Positions 31,826 through 41,184 of a stretch of 64,000 bases of DNA are shown piece after piece (within the stretch, counting starts at the first letter, position 1; each line of letters opens with the position of its first letter). The position numbers and the translations under genes were made by a program. The stretch covers positions 101,807-165,806 of the forward strand of contig CAVGNR010000001.1 in assembly GCA_963630675.1 (NCBI GenBank), written 5' to 3'. The notes under the pieces were generated by a model, which saw only the letters and a list, made by a program, of their open reading frames with translations, was not told where the DNA came from and did no database searches. Source of the DNA: Escherichia coli. GTDB taxonomy: Bacteria > Bacillota_I > Bacilli_A > RFN20 > CAG-826.

Positions 31826-32386
31826 TTATCCCTTCTTCTCTAAATCATTGGTGAATTGATTCAAGATCTTTTGATTGTCTTTTTCCGTAATTTCTCGGCC
31901 TAAGATTTCTTTCGATGCGTCTAAAGCAACGTTAACGATCTCTTGATGAATCTCAGAGCGGGCTTTTTGCTTTTCTTGCTCAATATTTTGAAAAGCTTTT
32001 TCTTGCGTCAAAGCCGCTTCTTTTTTGGCGCCAGCAACAATTACGCTGGCTTCTTTTTGAGCGTTTTCTTCTGCTTTTTGGATGATTTCTTGAGCTTGTT
32101 TTTGAGCAGAATCGATAATATCTTGGGTTTGCATTACTTTATGCTCATAGAAACGTTTTGCCTCTTCGGCTTTGGATATATTTCCTTCTATATAGTCTCT
32201 TCTCTTTTCCGAATATTTACGGATAGGTTTATAGGCTAGAAAGAAAAGCACAAGAAAAAGAACCAACAAAGCGAGAAGGTTAATTAGCAAAGACCAGAAA
32301 TTTCCGAAAATTTTGCTTAAAAAATCTTCCGGTTGGAAAGGAGCGGACGAAGCATCTTCTAAAATTGTTAGTAAAATGGTATTCAT
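31826..32386 (-). CDS. atpF: Fo ATP synthase b subunit
   Basis: 186 aa with one N-terminal TM helix and a long charged helix. Confidence 0.85.
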   Translation of the reverse strand: MNTILLTILEDASSAPFQPEDFLSKIFGNFWSLLINLLALLVLFLVLFFLAYKPIRKYSEKRRDYIEGNISKAEEAKRFYEHKVMQTQDIIDSAQKQAQEIIQKAEENAQKEASVIVAGAKKEAALTQEKAFQNIEQEKQKARSEIHQEIVNVALDASKEILGREITEKDNQKILNQFTNDLEKKG

Positions 32387-32401
32387 CCTAGTTCTTCTTC
32401 C

Positions 32402-32626
32402 TTATAAAACGAAAATGATTAAGATAGCGACAATCAAGCTGTAAATAGCAGTCGATTCGTCAAGAGCGACAGCAACGATCATGTTGCTTCTTAATTTGTC
32501 TGCCATTTCTGGATTTCTCACCATGCCATCGATTGTGTGGCAGGCAATCCAGCTTTCGCCAATGGCGGAAATCATACCAAAGGCAACACAAATTGCTGCT
32601 GCAATAGCTTTAAGACCAACTTCCAT
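32402..32626 (-). CDS. atpE: Fo ATP synthase c subunit
   Basis: 74-aa helical hairpin with an RNPE loop and a carboxylate in TM2 (ALDESTAIYS). Confidence 0.9.
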   Translation of the reverse strand: MEVGLKAIAAAICVAFGMISAIGESWIACHTIDGMVRNPEMADKLRSNMIVAVALDESTAIYSLIVAILIIFVL

Positions 32627-32637
32627 ATTATTACCTC

Positions 32638-33519
32638 CTAGTAATTGGTTTTTTCTTTTGTTTGTTCAAGAACGAGCAAATTCTGTGGTACTGGGCGGAA
32701 GGCAAGATAAACATTGTCTTCGTCCGTTGGCTTTTCTTGAGCGATCCAAAGGGAAGTCAAGGAAGCAAACACCAAGGTCTGAATAAACCCGGCGAACAAA
32801 CTAAAGTAGATATTTAAGACCCCCATAGGGATCGGAGAAAGGATGGTTCCTGTCCAATAAGGGAAGGAATTCCACCAGTTATACCAGCTTCCCGTAACAC
32901 TTTGAATTTGAAGGGAAGCGCCTAAAGCGGAGAAAATCGTCGCGGATAAATTTGAGGTGGCCCATTGAATCAAAGTGATTAAAACGGTGCCAGCAAGAGC
33001 ATTACCAAACATACGCATTGTGGTCGAAATGATTGGGGACCACATGGTAATTAAGTTCACAGGTAAGAAAACCGGAATTGGGTCGATGTAACGTTTTAAA
33101 TAAGCCCAATGTTGATATTTAATGGCGATGATATGAATCCATAAAAACATGATAACGGACAAACAAAGAGGGGCAGGTAACCAATCAATAAGGCTTGGGA
33201 TACCAAATAGTGAAGCGTTAAAAGCTAAGAAAAGATATGCAAATAATGTGAAGAAATATCCACTCCACGTTTTAGAGGAATTACCCATATTATTGACTGT
33301 GAAGTTGCTAACATAGTCATAATAGGCGTCAGCCCAAAAAAGAAGGCCTCTTGGAGCATGCTTATAAGCACCGGTTTTAATAGCTCTTTTTGCCTTAATA
33401 CCGACTATAATGCCTAAAATCATCAAAACAAGAATGATTAGAAGAGAGGAAAAAAGAGGGGCATTTAAATGATCCCAATCAAAAACAAGCATGTCTTTAA
33501 TACGTTCCGTAAGGCTCAT
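32638..33519 (-). CDS. atpB: Fo ATP synthase a subunit
   Basis: 293-aa polytopic protein with the conserved Arg region (MRMFGNALAG). Confidence 0.9.
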   Translation of the reverse strand: MSLTERIKDMLVFDWDHLNAPLFSSLLIILVLMILGIIVGIKAKRAIKTGAYKHAPRGLLFWADAYYDYVSNFTVNNMGNSSKTWSGYFFTLFAYLFLAFNASLFGIPSLIDWLPAPLCLSVIMFLWIHIIAIKYQHWAYLKRYIDPIPVFLPVNLITMWSPIISTTMRMFGNALAGTVLITLIQWATSNLSATIFSALGASLQIQSVTGSWYNWWNSFPYWTGTILSPIPMGVLNIYFSLFAGFIQTLVFASLTSLWIAQEKPTDEDNVYLAFRPVPQNLLVLEQTKEKTNY

Positions 33520-33980
33520 TTTTTATCCTCTTTATGAATAGGCATAGGTGTTCTAGCAGAAATGAAATGCGTAACTAAAACAACAACAGGCATTGGTAAA
33601 AGGGCGGCAAAAGATGTCCAGAAAGAAAACATATCAAAGCCACCAAACCATTCTGATTTAAAAGTGCAAATACCACTGACTGCTAAAACAACGACATAGA
33701 GCAATGGACGAAGAAGGCTCATCAAAACGATAAGAGAGAGTTTTTTGTTAGCTGGATCTTTCGTGACGGCATTGGTTGTTTTAATCAAAGTGAAATAAGC
33801 AAACAATTCGATTAAAGAGCCAAATAGCCAGCCATTTGGATACTGATAGCCTTTTTCAAGGCCAAAAAAATAAAGGGGCATTAAGGCAAGGTAAACCACT
33901 ACCGCCAAAACAACCAACCAGAAGAATGCCTTTTGATCTCTATTTAATTTAACGTAAAAATTAACCATACCCAATAACAT
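33516..33980 (-). CDS. atpI: AtpI-like small membrane protein at the head of the atp operon
   Basis: 154 aa with 4 TM segments. Overlaps atpB by 4 nt. Assignment is by position and topology. The start codon is uncertain (also M5 at 33968). Confidence 0.55.
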   Translation of the reverse strand: MLLGMVNFYVKLNRDQKAFFWLVVLAVVVYLALMPLYFFGLEKGYQYPNGWLFGSLIELFAYFTLIKTTNAVTKDPANKKLSLIVLMSLLRPLLYVVVLAVSGICTFKSEWFGGFDMFSFWTSFAALLPMPVVVLVTHFISARTPMPIHKEDKK

Positions 33981-34108
33981 TAGAATTGTACCATTTCTTC
34001 ATTTTCTTGGCACAAAAAAGAACATTCTTTTATCAACTTTTTTATAAATAATTTTTACGCTTTTATTTCAATTGACGTTTTTCCTAAATATTTTCTTTTT
34101 GAAAGCGC

Positions 34109-34137
34109 TTGCATAGGTTTTGTCAAATCGTTATCAT
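34109..34137 (+). promoter_or_regulatory. Candidate sigma-A promoter of the TGS/uridine-kinase gene
   Basis: TTGCAT (34109-34114), 17-nt spacer, TATCAT (34132-34137). Confidence 0.45.
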
Positions 34138-34204
34138 AGTGGGCAAAACAATTGCCTTTTTTCGATAAAAAGTCTAAGTTTTGTAGGAGATAGGGAGGAG
34201 AATT

Positions 34205-35860
34205 ATGCAAAAATTTACAGTAAAGATTGGCAACGTCAGCAAAGAGTTTGACAAAAAAGTTGCAGTACTAGACCTTCTCAGTGAAGAACAAAAAGCAGAC
34301 AAAAGTATTGTTTGCGCTAAGGTGAATAACCGTATTAGAGAGTTAACTTACGAAATTTATTATGACGCCGAAGTTGAGTTTTTAGATTTGAAATCAACGC
34401 AAGCCATGAAGATGTATGAGGCATCTTTGAGATATTTGGTTTCTATGGCTTTTTCTAGAGCCTACCCAAATTTAAAAATCCGTTTAGCCTATAACATCAG
34501 CCGTTGTATTTCCGTGCATTTATTAGATTCTAATATGAAAGCGAATAACGCGATGTTTAATAAGGTGAACGAAGAAATGCACCGCATTGTTGCAGCAGAT
34601 TACCCTTTGAAGAGAATAGTCGTTCCAAATGCTGAAGCAGAGAAAATCTATGATCAAAGAGGATTCTTAGATAAGAAAGATATTTTGAAATACCGTCCTG
34701 AGAAAACCGTCCATTTCTATGAATGCGATGGCTATTTAGACTACATGTATTCTCACCTCGTTCCATCTACTGGGTATATCCATTCTTATAAAATTCGCCT
34801 ATATGGGTCGGGTTTTTTAGTCCAATATCCACGTTCTGAGTGTAATGGCGAGATTCCAAACTTTGAAGATGCGCCTACCTATAGAAGAACTTTAAAAGAG
34901 TCCCATGACTGGGCTAAGGTCGTTGGTATTTCTACAGTCGCAGGAATCAATAACGAAATTAAGACGGCAGGTCCTGCTGAATTAATTAACGTATGCGAAG
35001 ACCGCCACAATCGCCAGTTGGTGGAATTAGGCCAAACGATTGAAGATAACGTTCAAGATATTCGCGTTATTTGTATTGCTGGCCCATCTTCTAGTGGCAA
35101 AACCACGTTTGCAAATCGTTTAAGAATAGAACTTCTTTCCCGTGGAATTAAGCCAATCCGTCTTTCAACCGATGATTATTATCTTCCAAGAGATAAGACC
35201 CCTTTAGGGGAAGATGGCGAGCCTGATTATGAAACTATCGAGGCAATCGACATTGATTATTTCAACGAAAACCTTATTAGCCTGATTAATGGCGAAGAAA
35301 CCAATCTTCCTAAATTTGATTTCAATGTTGGTCACCGCGTTCCTGGAAGAAAACTCACCCTAGAAAAGGACCAGCCAATTATCATCGAAGGCATTCACGC
35401 CTTAAATGATCGTCTGACTTTCCAAATCCCAAAGAGCCAGAAGTTTAAGATTTTCATTTCTCCACAAGCTCAAATCAATTTGGATGACCACAATCCTCTT
35501 TCCTTAACCGATTTACGTTTATTACGTCGTTTGGTTAGAGATAAGAAGTTCCGCAATTCTCCAGCCGAAGAAACCTTCTCCATGTGGGCTAAAGTTCGTG
35601 CAGGTGAATTTAAATGGATTTATCCATATCAAGAAGGATGTGATTACGTCTTTAATAGTTTCCTTCCATATGAGTTGGCGGTCATGAAAAAATACGCCTT
35701 GCCACTTCTTCAAGCCCTACCAAACGATTCCCCATATCATTCTGATGCCCATCGTTTGATTGGAATGCTTAAATTCTTCATCGATATGTCTGATGAATGG
35801 GTTCCATCAAATTCCTTAATGAGGGAGTTCATTGGCGGTTCTTGTTACGCGGATGTATGA
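34205..35860 (+). CDS. TGS-domain / uridine-kinase-family (P-loop nucleoside kinase) fusion protein
   Basis: 551 aa. N-terminal ThrRS-like TGS region and a C-terminal half with Walker A (GPSSSGKTT) and a uridine-kinase-like core. Strong RBS (GGAGGAG). Confidence 0.7.
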   Translation: MQKFTVKIGNVSKEFDKKVAVLDLLSEEQKADKSIVCAKVNNRIRELTYEIYYDAEVEFLDLKSTQAMKMYEASLRYLVSMAFSRAYPNLKIRLAYNISRCISVHLLDSNMKANNAMFNKVNEEMHRIVAADYPLKRIVVPNAEAEKIYDQRGFLDKKDILKYRPEKTVHFYECDGYLDYMYSHLVPSTGYIHSYKIRLYGSGFLVQYPRSECNGEIPNFEDAPTYRRTLKESHDWAKVVGISTVAGINNEIKTAGPAELINVCEDRHNRQLVELGQTIEDNVQDIRVICIAGPSSSGKTTFANRLRIELLSRGIKPIRLSTDDYYLPRDKTPLGEDGEPDYETIEAIDIDYFNENLISLINGEETNLPKFDFNVGHRVPGRKLTLEKDQPIIIEGIHALNDRLTFQIPKSQKFKIFISPQAQINLDDHNPLSLTDLRLLRRLVRDKKFRNSPAEETFSMWAKVRAGEFKWIYPYQEGCDYVFNSFLPYELAVMKKYALPLLQALPNDSPYHSDAHRLIGMLKFFIDMSDEWVPSNSLMREFIGGSCYADV

Positions 35861-35864
35861 AAAT

Positions 35865-35893
35865 AGAGCTCTTGGAAACAAGGGCTCTTTTTT
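35865..35893 (+). terminator. Rho-independent terminator
   Basis: AGAGCTCTTG, loop GAAA, CAAGGGCTCT (10 bp including one G-U pair), followed by TTTTT. Confidence 0.75.
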
Positions 35894-35914
35894 AAATATA
35901 AGGGGGACGTGTAG

Positions 35915-37033
35915 TTATTTAGACTGATTTTCGTTTAGTTTTTGCCAACGTTTTTGCATCAAGGAATAACAAGTTTGAAGTTCCCCTTTATAAAGGTTCT
36001 GCATTCTAAGATAGGATTGTTGTTCTTCGTTGGAGGTCGTAGAAATATAAAGAGAGGAAAAGACTTTTTCGATGCGGAAGAAAGACTCGTAAAGATTTAA
36101 TAAAGTAATGAGATAGAAATAATCTTTGCGGGAATAGATCAATAATGGGGAAGAATGAGCAATTTCGCTAGACATCTCATAGACTTTAGAATAATCACGA
36201 AGACGGGCGGCTCTTTCTACTCCATCACGGAAATTTAGTTTGAAGCCTTCTTCATTTTCAAGTTCAGGAACGGCATAAAGCCAGCCGTATTCGATGAAAC
36301 GTTTCATGTCTTTGCTCTTTAAATCGTGAGATTTCATTTCTTCTTTGATTTGAAGGAAGACCTTATCGGTTTCTTCCTTAGAAGGAATTCCTCCACGGAA
36401 ACATACGGCATAACGCATGTGCTTGAGATATTCATCAATCACAGATTGTCCAAAACGAACCAAAGTTAGAAGAATGCATTCATTTTCATGAAGAGTTCTC
36501 CAAGTAGAAAACGCTTCGGTTTCAAAACCACCTGTAAGCAAAGAAACAATGCATTGAGCCATGGAAAAGCCTTTTTGCAAAATATCCACGATCAAGGTTT
36601 GTTTTGGATCGCCTTGCTTATATCTTCCTAGCATTCCCAAAATGAAGTTGATATATAGGGAAATCGTCGAGATTTCAGGTTGAAAACGATTCGAGAAAGC
36701 CGCATTTTTATAGGCTAAATGCTCATTCGTATAGTATTTGTCTAAGACAATCGAAAGAAGAAATTGTTCATATTTCTCATCGTTTATAAGTTTCTCATCC
36801 GAATCAGAAGGATGGGTAAGCAAATAGAAATAATGTTCATTTGCCAAATACAAAGTCAAAGTAACATCATTCACATCAAGATTAGCGATAACGTTATTGC
36901 TTTCCGCGAAGCTTTTAGATGATTCTTTAGCGTCAACATAGGCTTGAAATAAGTATTCCCAATTTAAAGAAGAAGGTATATTAAGTGCCTTCAAGAGGGA
37001 GAAATATTGTTCTTTATTCAAGGTATTCGACAT
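35915..37033 (-). CDS. Hypothetical cytoplasmic alpha-helical protein (possibly DUF5677/AbiV-like; unverified)
   Basis: 372-aa ORF with no TM segment and no enzyme motif I recognise. The central WRTLHENECILLTL and the later SSEIAHSSP loosely recall the DUF5677 pattern. Confidence 0.45.
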   Translation of the reverse strand: MSNTLNKEQYFSLLKALNIPSSLNWEYLFQAYVDAKESSKSFAESNNVIANLDVNDVTLTLYLANEHYFYLLTHPSDSDEKLINDEKYEQFLLSIVLDKYYTNEHLAYKNAAFSNRFQPEISTISLYINFILGMLGRYKQGDPKQTLIVDILQKGFSMAQCIVSLLTGGFETEAFSTWRTLHENECILLTLVRFGQSVIDEYLKHMRYAVCFRGGIPSKEETDKVFLQIKEEMKSHDLKSKDMKRFIEYGWLYAVPELENEEGFKLNFRDGVERAARLRDYSKVYEMSSEIAHSSPLLIYSRKDYFYLITLLNLYESFFRIEKVFSSLYISTTSNEEQQSYLRMQNLYKGELQTCYSLMQKRWQKLNENQSK

Positions 37034-37063
37034 AAGTTAATTCTACCTTTCTTATATGGAAAA

Positions 37064-37705
37064 TCAAAACTTATATCGTTTGCTGAAAGAAAGAGAAATA
37101 AGTAAAGGAGACTTTGTTGCCATTCTACGGTCTGCTTTATCTTCCTTCGTAAAAGCCTTTTCTTTATTCCAATGAAGGAAAAAAGAATAACCATCTAAAG
37201 GTAAACAGTAACCATAAGGAATAGTAACAAAAGGAAGTTTTTCTTTAACGATTTTCTTCTCTTTCGGAGCTAAATTAAAAAAATAGATGGGTTTTGACGA
37301 GTTTTTTTCATAAAATTCTTGGGCTTTTTCAATGATGGAAGATAATTCTTCATCATCATTTTCGTAAAGTGTTTCAGGAAGAGGTTCCTTTCTTCTAGGC
37401 TCAATTTCATAACCGATTGCCATATTGTGAGACAAAGAGTTTAAGTAATGAGCGAAGACGTTTCCTTTAGCGTAATACCCGGATATAAGAATTTCTTTGT
37501 TTATGAAATGACGTTCTGGGTTTGCTAAAAGGAAAAGAGCCTTCATTTCCTCTATGGTCATAATTTCCATAGAAAGAGAAGAACTCTTTTGAATGTTTTT
37601 ATAGTACGGGATTCGATTTCTCGAAGCGATCACGACATATTCTTTTTCTTTCAGAAAGCAAACTGGCATAGCACCATTATAGTCATTTTTGTGGTTTATA
37701 GGCAC
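37064..37705 (-). CDS. Hypothetical protein
   Basis: 213-aa ORF from a GTG at 37705, which overlaps the glpK stop by 23 nt. An alternative ATG at 37669 avoids the overlap. No recognised family. Confidence 0.45.
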   Translation of the reverse strand: MPINHKNDYNGAMPVCFLKEKEYVVIASRNRIPYYKNIQKSSSLSMEIMTIEEMKALFLLANPERHFINKEILISGYYAKGNVFAHYLNSLSHNMAIGYEIEPRRKEPLPETLYENDDEELSSIIEKAQEFYEKNSSKPIYFFNLAPKEKKIVKEKLPFVTIPYGYCLPLDGYSFFLHWNKEKAFTKEDKADRRMATKSPLLISLSFSKRYKF

Positions 37706-39167
37706 GTGTTGCTTTCACCGCTTCCTTCCAACCGGCGTAAAGGGACTCGGCTTCTTTGGCGCTCATCTTTGGATAATAACGTTTTGAGCAACAATGATTG
37801 GCCTCGATTTCCTTCAAGTCTTTCCAGAAACCACATCCCAATCCAGCCAAATATCCCGCTCCTAAAGCCGTTGTTTCTACACATGCAGGCAAACAAACTT
37901 CAACCTGAAGGATATCCGCCTGGAATTGCATCAACATCCCATTGGCGGAAGCTCCTCCATCCACTTTTAAAACGGAAAGATCCAAATTCGCATCTTTTTG
38001 CATTGTTTTAATCACATCCGTCGATTGGTAGGCAATGGAATAGAGAGCTGCACGGGTGATGTTATGACGGTCTGCCCCTCTTGTTAATCCAAAAATGGCT
38101 CCCCTTGCATCATCATCCCAATATGGTGTGCCTAAGCCTACAAAAGCAGGAACGACATACACACCATTGGTATCTGGTTTTCTTGAAGCGTATTCCTCCG
38201 ATTGGGCAGAATGCTTAAACCAATCCATCTCATCGCGAAGCCATTGCACGATCGCCCCACCGATAAAGACAGAGCCTTCAAGAGCGTAGGTTGTTTTATC
38301 GCCAATCTTCCAAGCGATCGTTGTTAAAAGGCCATTATGAGAGAAGATTGGTTCTTCTCCGGTATTCATTAACATGAAACAACCTGTGCCATAAGTATTT
38401 TTTGATTGACCTTTTTGAAAACAACATTGCCCAAAAAGCGCAGCTTGTTGATCCCCTGCTACGCCAAAGATATGAACTCCTCCTGGGAAGAAGGTTGCTT
38501 CGCCAAAGTCAGCGTTATTATCTTTTACTTCAGGAAGCATATTGCGGTTAATATTCCACATCTCAAGAAGCTCATTGTCCCAACAAAGGTTTTTGATGTT
38601 AAAAAGTAGGGTACGTGAGGCATTCGAATAATCTGTCGCATGTACTTTTCCTTGGGTCATTTTATAAATTAGCCAACTATCAATGGTTCCAAAAAGGAGT
38701 TCCCCTTTGTTCATCCTTTCTTCTCCTCTTGGAATGTTTTCAAGGATAAAACGAATTTTTGAAGCGCTGAAATAAGGATTAATACGAAGGCCCGTCTTTT
38801 GACGAATCATTTCTGTATGGCGTCCAAAACGCTCACAGATCTCTTGCGTTTGTTTAGATTGCCATACAATCGCCTTATGAACGGCTTTCCCAGTTTCTTT
38901 TTCCCACACCACCGTCGTTTCTCTTTGATTGGTAATACCAATGGAGGCAATTTCCTCCATTTTTGCGCCAGACACAATTAAAAGTTCATTAATGACGTCT
39001 ACAACGGAAATCCAGATGGAATTGGCATCTTGCTCTACCCATCCGGGTTTGGGATAAAGACATTCGACTGGGCGCTGAGCCTGAAAAAGTTTTTCTCCAG
39101 AGTGAGAAATAAGAATGGCACGGGTCGAAGTCGTACCTTGGTCTATCGCCAAAATATATTTCTTCAT
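37683..39167 (-). CDS. glpK: Glycerol kinase
   Basis: 494 aa. The N-terminus (YILAIDQGTTSTRA) and FGGY-family motifs run throughout. Ends in TGA. Confidence 0.96.
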   Translation of the reverse strand: MKKYILAIDQGTTSTRAILISHSGEKLFQAQRPVECLYPKPGWVEQDANSIWISVVDVINELLIVSGAKMEEIASIGITNQRETTVVWEKETGKAVHKAIVWQSKQTQEICERFGRHTEMIRQKTGLRINPYFSASKIRFILENIPRGEERMNKGELLFGTIDSWLIYKMTQGKVHATDYSNASRTLLFNIKNLCWDNELLEMWNINRNMLPEVKDNNADFGEATFFPGGVHIFGVAGDQQAALFGQCCFQKGQSKNTYGTGCFMLMNTGEEPIFSHNGLLTTIAWKIGDKTTYALEGSVFIGGAIVQWLRDEMDWFKHSAQSEEYASRKPDTNGVYVVPAFVGLGTPYWDDDARGAIFGLTRGADRHNITRAALYSIAYQSTDVIKTMQKDANLDLSVLKVDGGASANGMLMQFQADILQVEVCLPACVETTALGAGYLAGLGCGFWKDLKEIEANHCCSKRYYPKMSAKEAESLYAGWKEAVKATRAYKPQK

Positions 39168-39211
39168 ATAAGGATTCCTTGTTATTTATTTACCGATATT
39201 ATGGAACAGAT

Positions 39212-39246
39212 GAGTAAAAAGAAAAAGGGCTTCTTCGTAAAAGCCC
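39212..39246 (-). terminator. Rho-independent terminator after the aminopeptidase gene
   Basis: Minus strand reads GGGCTTTT, loop ACGA, AAGAAGCCC (8 bp including one G-U pair), followed by TTTTTCTTTTT. Confidence 0.7.
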
Positions 39247-39258
39247 TCATTTCTTTGT

Positions 39259-40548
39259 TTAACGTTTATTCGCTAAAGCGTTCTCGATGTCGGAAACTTC
39301 CTTAATGATTTTACTTGAGAGAACTTCACATCCGTCATTGGTAATAAGAAGATCGTCTTCGATACGGATTCCGATTCCTCTATCCGCCATATATAAGCCT
39401 GGTTCATCCGAAATAACCATACCCGCTTCAAGAGGAACTTTCTTATATTCCCCTTTCAATGGGGAAAGGTAAGGATCGTGGGTATCCAAGCCGATAAAAT
39501 GAGAAATATTATGGAAATAATAATTGATGATATCTTCCTTATTTTCAATAAATCCGGCGGCTAGGCATTCGGTCGCAAGATAATCCACTGCCGCTTCTTG
39601 AAGATCAGCGATTGTGATACCAGGTCTTGCTTTGTTGGCGATCATTTTATTACACCCTAAAACAATTTCATAAACCTGCTTTTGAAGAGGGGTGAATTTG
39701 CCGTTTACCGGTACGGTACGAGTGACATCCGCACAATAATAGTTCTTTCTAGAACCCAAATCGGATAAAAGAAGATCTCCATCCTTTAAGGCGTCCATCG
39801 GGGTTGGATAATGGAGGGTTGTGCCATGAATTCCCGAAGCCATGATTGTTGGGAAGGCCAAACCTTCATAACCATTTAAGTCATTAACGGTCTTTAAGAA
39901 AAGATCGGCCAATTCGTATTCGTGAATTCCTGGGCGCATGCAAGACCAAACGGAATAGATACCAATTTGAGTGGTATCGATAGCGGAACGGAGCTCAGCA
40001 ATTTCACGAACGGATTTTCTTAAACGAAGCGTTGTTAATAAAGGATAGGCATCCGAGAAAGCAACATTAGGATAGGTTGTTTCTAAGGTCTTCTTTAAAT
40101 CTCTCGTGGTCATTTCATCCGCAATTTTGATTTCGCGGTCCAAATCCAAATAGAGTTTGTTTACTTCACCATAAACAGCGAACTTAGGATTAAGCACCTC
40201 ATCGATTTTAGCCGTAAGGGAGTCAATCACTTGAATGTTTTTAAAGCCCGAAATTTTAGACGCTTCTTGAGGAGTAAGACGTTTTCCGTACCATTTTTCT
40301 TTTCTTTCATCAAATGGGGAAATAAAAAGGAATTCTTTCATCTCGCCATAAGAATTAACGAGCAAGAGAGCAGAGTCTTCTTGATCGATGCCAGTAAGGT
40401 AATAGAAATTGCGGTTTACCTCAAATGGATAGGTTTCGTCTGCACTGCTAACCTTACCCACACCGGAATAAAGTACCAAAGCGGAGTTGGTATCCATAAG
40501 AGCTAATAAGCGAGCCCTACGTTCTGCGAATTCATCTGCGTTAATCAT
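39259..40548 (-). CDS. Xaa-Pro aminopeptidase (M24B family)
   Basis: 429 aa with an AMP_N-like N-terminal domain, HFIGLDTHD and the C-terminal GIGIRIEDD metal-site motif. Confidence 0.85.
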   Translation of the reverse strand: MINADEFAERRARLLALMDTNSALVLYSGVGKVSSADETYPFEVNRNFYYLTGIDQEDSALLLVNSYGEMKEFLFISPFDERKEKWYGKRLTPQEASKISGFKNIQVIDSLTAKIDEVLNPKFAVYGEVNKLYLDLDREIKIADEMTTRDLKKTLETTYPNVAFSDAYPLLTTLRLRKSVREIAELRSAIDTTQIGIYSVWSCMRPGIHEYELADLFLKTVNDLNGYEGLAFPTIMASGIHGTTLHYPTPMDALKDGDLLLSDLGSRKNYYCADVTRTVPVNGKFTPLQKQVYEIVLGCNKMIANKARPGITIADLQEAAVDYLATECLAAGFIENKEDIINYYFHNISHFIGLDTHDPYLSPLKGEYKKVPLEAGMVISDEPGLYMADRGIGIRIEDDLLITNDGCEVLSSKIIKEVSDIENALANKR

Positions 40549-41146
40549 TGGTGATTCTCCTTTTTATTGTCATTTCTTTTTCATCTAAAATCTGGGCATT
40601 TGGAAAAACTTCCAAAACACTATTTAACATTTTAGCATTTCCCATCAAAGAGAGTTTTACGGAAATATCATATTCCACATCTTTTAATTCTAAATCGAGA
40701 TCTTTGATCTTTCTTTTTAAATGTTCAAAATCGGAATAAGGCAAAGAGATTCTTTTCATTAAAATCGAAATTTCCTTTGAGAAAGTGCCCTCATTTAATA
40801 AAGACGCGGCTGTTTCTCGATAGGTTCTCGTTAAACGGGAAAGGCCTAATTTCGTTCCTCCAAAATAACGTACGACGCAAAGAAAAATATGATCAACATC
40901 TTTTTGTTGAAGCAAAGATAAAAGAGGAATGCCCGTGGAACGAGATGGCTCTCCATCATCGGAAGCCCTCTCATTAGGAAGATAGCGGGCTGCATAAGGG
41001 TAATGGGTTGCCTTGGGGTATTTTTCCTTAACGATTTCAAGGCATTTATCTATTTCTTCAAATCGCTCTAACGGCATCATTATGGCAATAAAGCGAGAAC
41101 CCAATACATCAATCTCTTTTTCTTGGTATTCGAAAGGTATTTTCAT
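40541..41146 (-). CDS. YigZ/IMPACT-family protein
   Basis: 201 aa with SRFIAIM...ATHYPYAARY...DDGEP, typical of the UPF0029 N-terminal domain. Confidence 0.72.
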   Translation of the reverse strand: MKIPFEYQEKEIDVLGSRFIAIMMPLERFEEIDKCLEIVKEKYPKATHYPYAARYLPNERASDDGEPSRSTGIPLLSLLQQKDVDHIFLCVVRYFGGTKLGLSRLTRTYRETAASLLNEGTFSKEISILMKRISLPYSDFEHLKRKIKDLDLELKDVEYDISVKLSLMGNAKMLNSVLEVFPNAQILDEKEMTIKRRITND

Positions 41147-41184
41147 GGATTGATTATATCAATATTTTTCCGTGAAATAACAAA

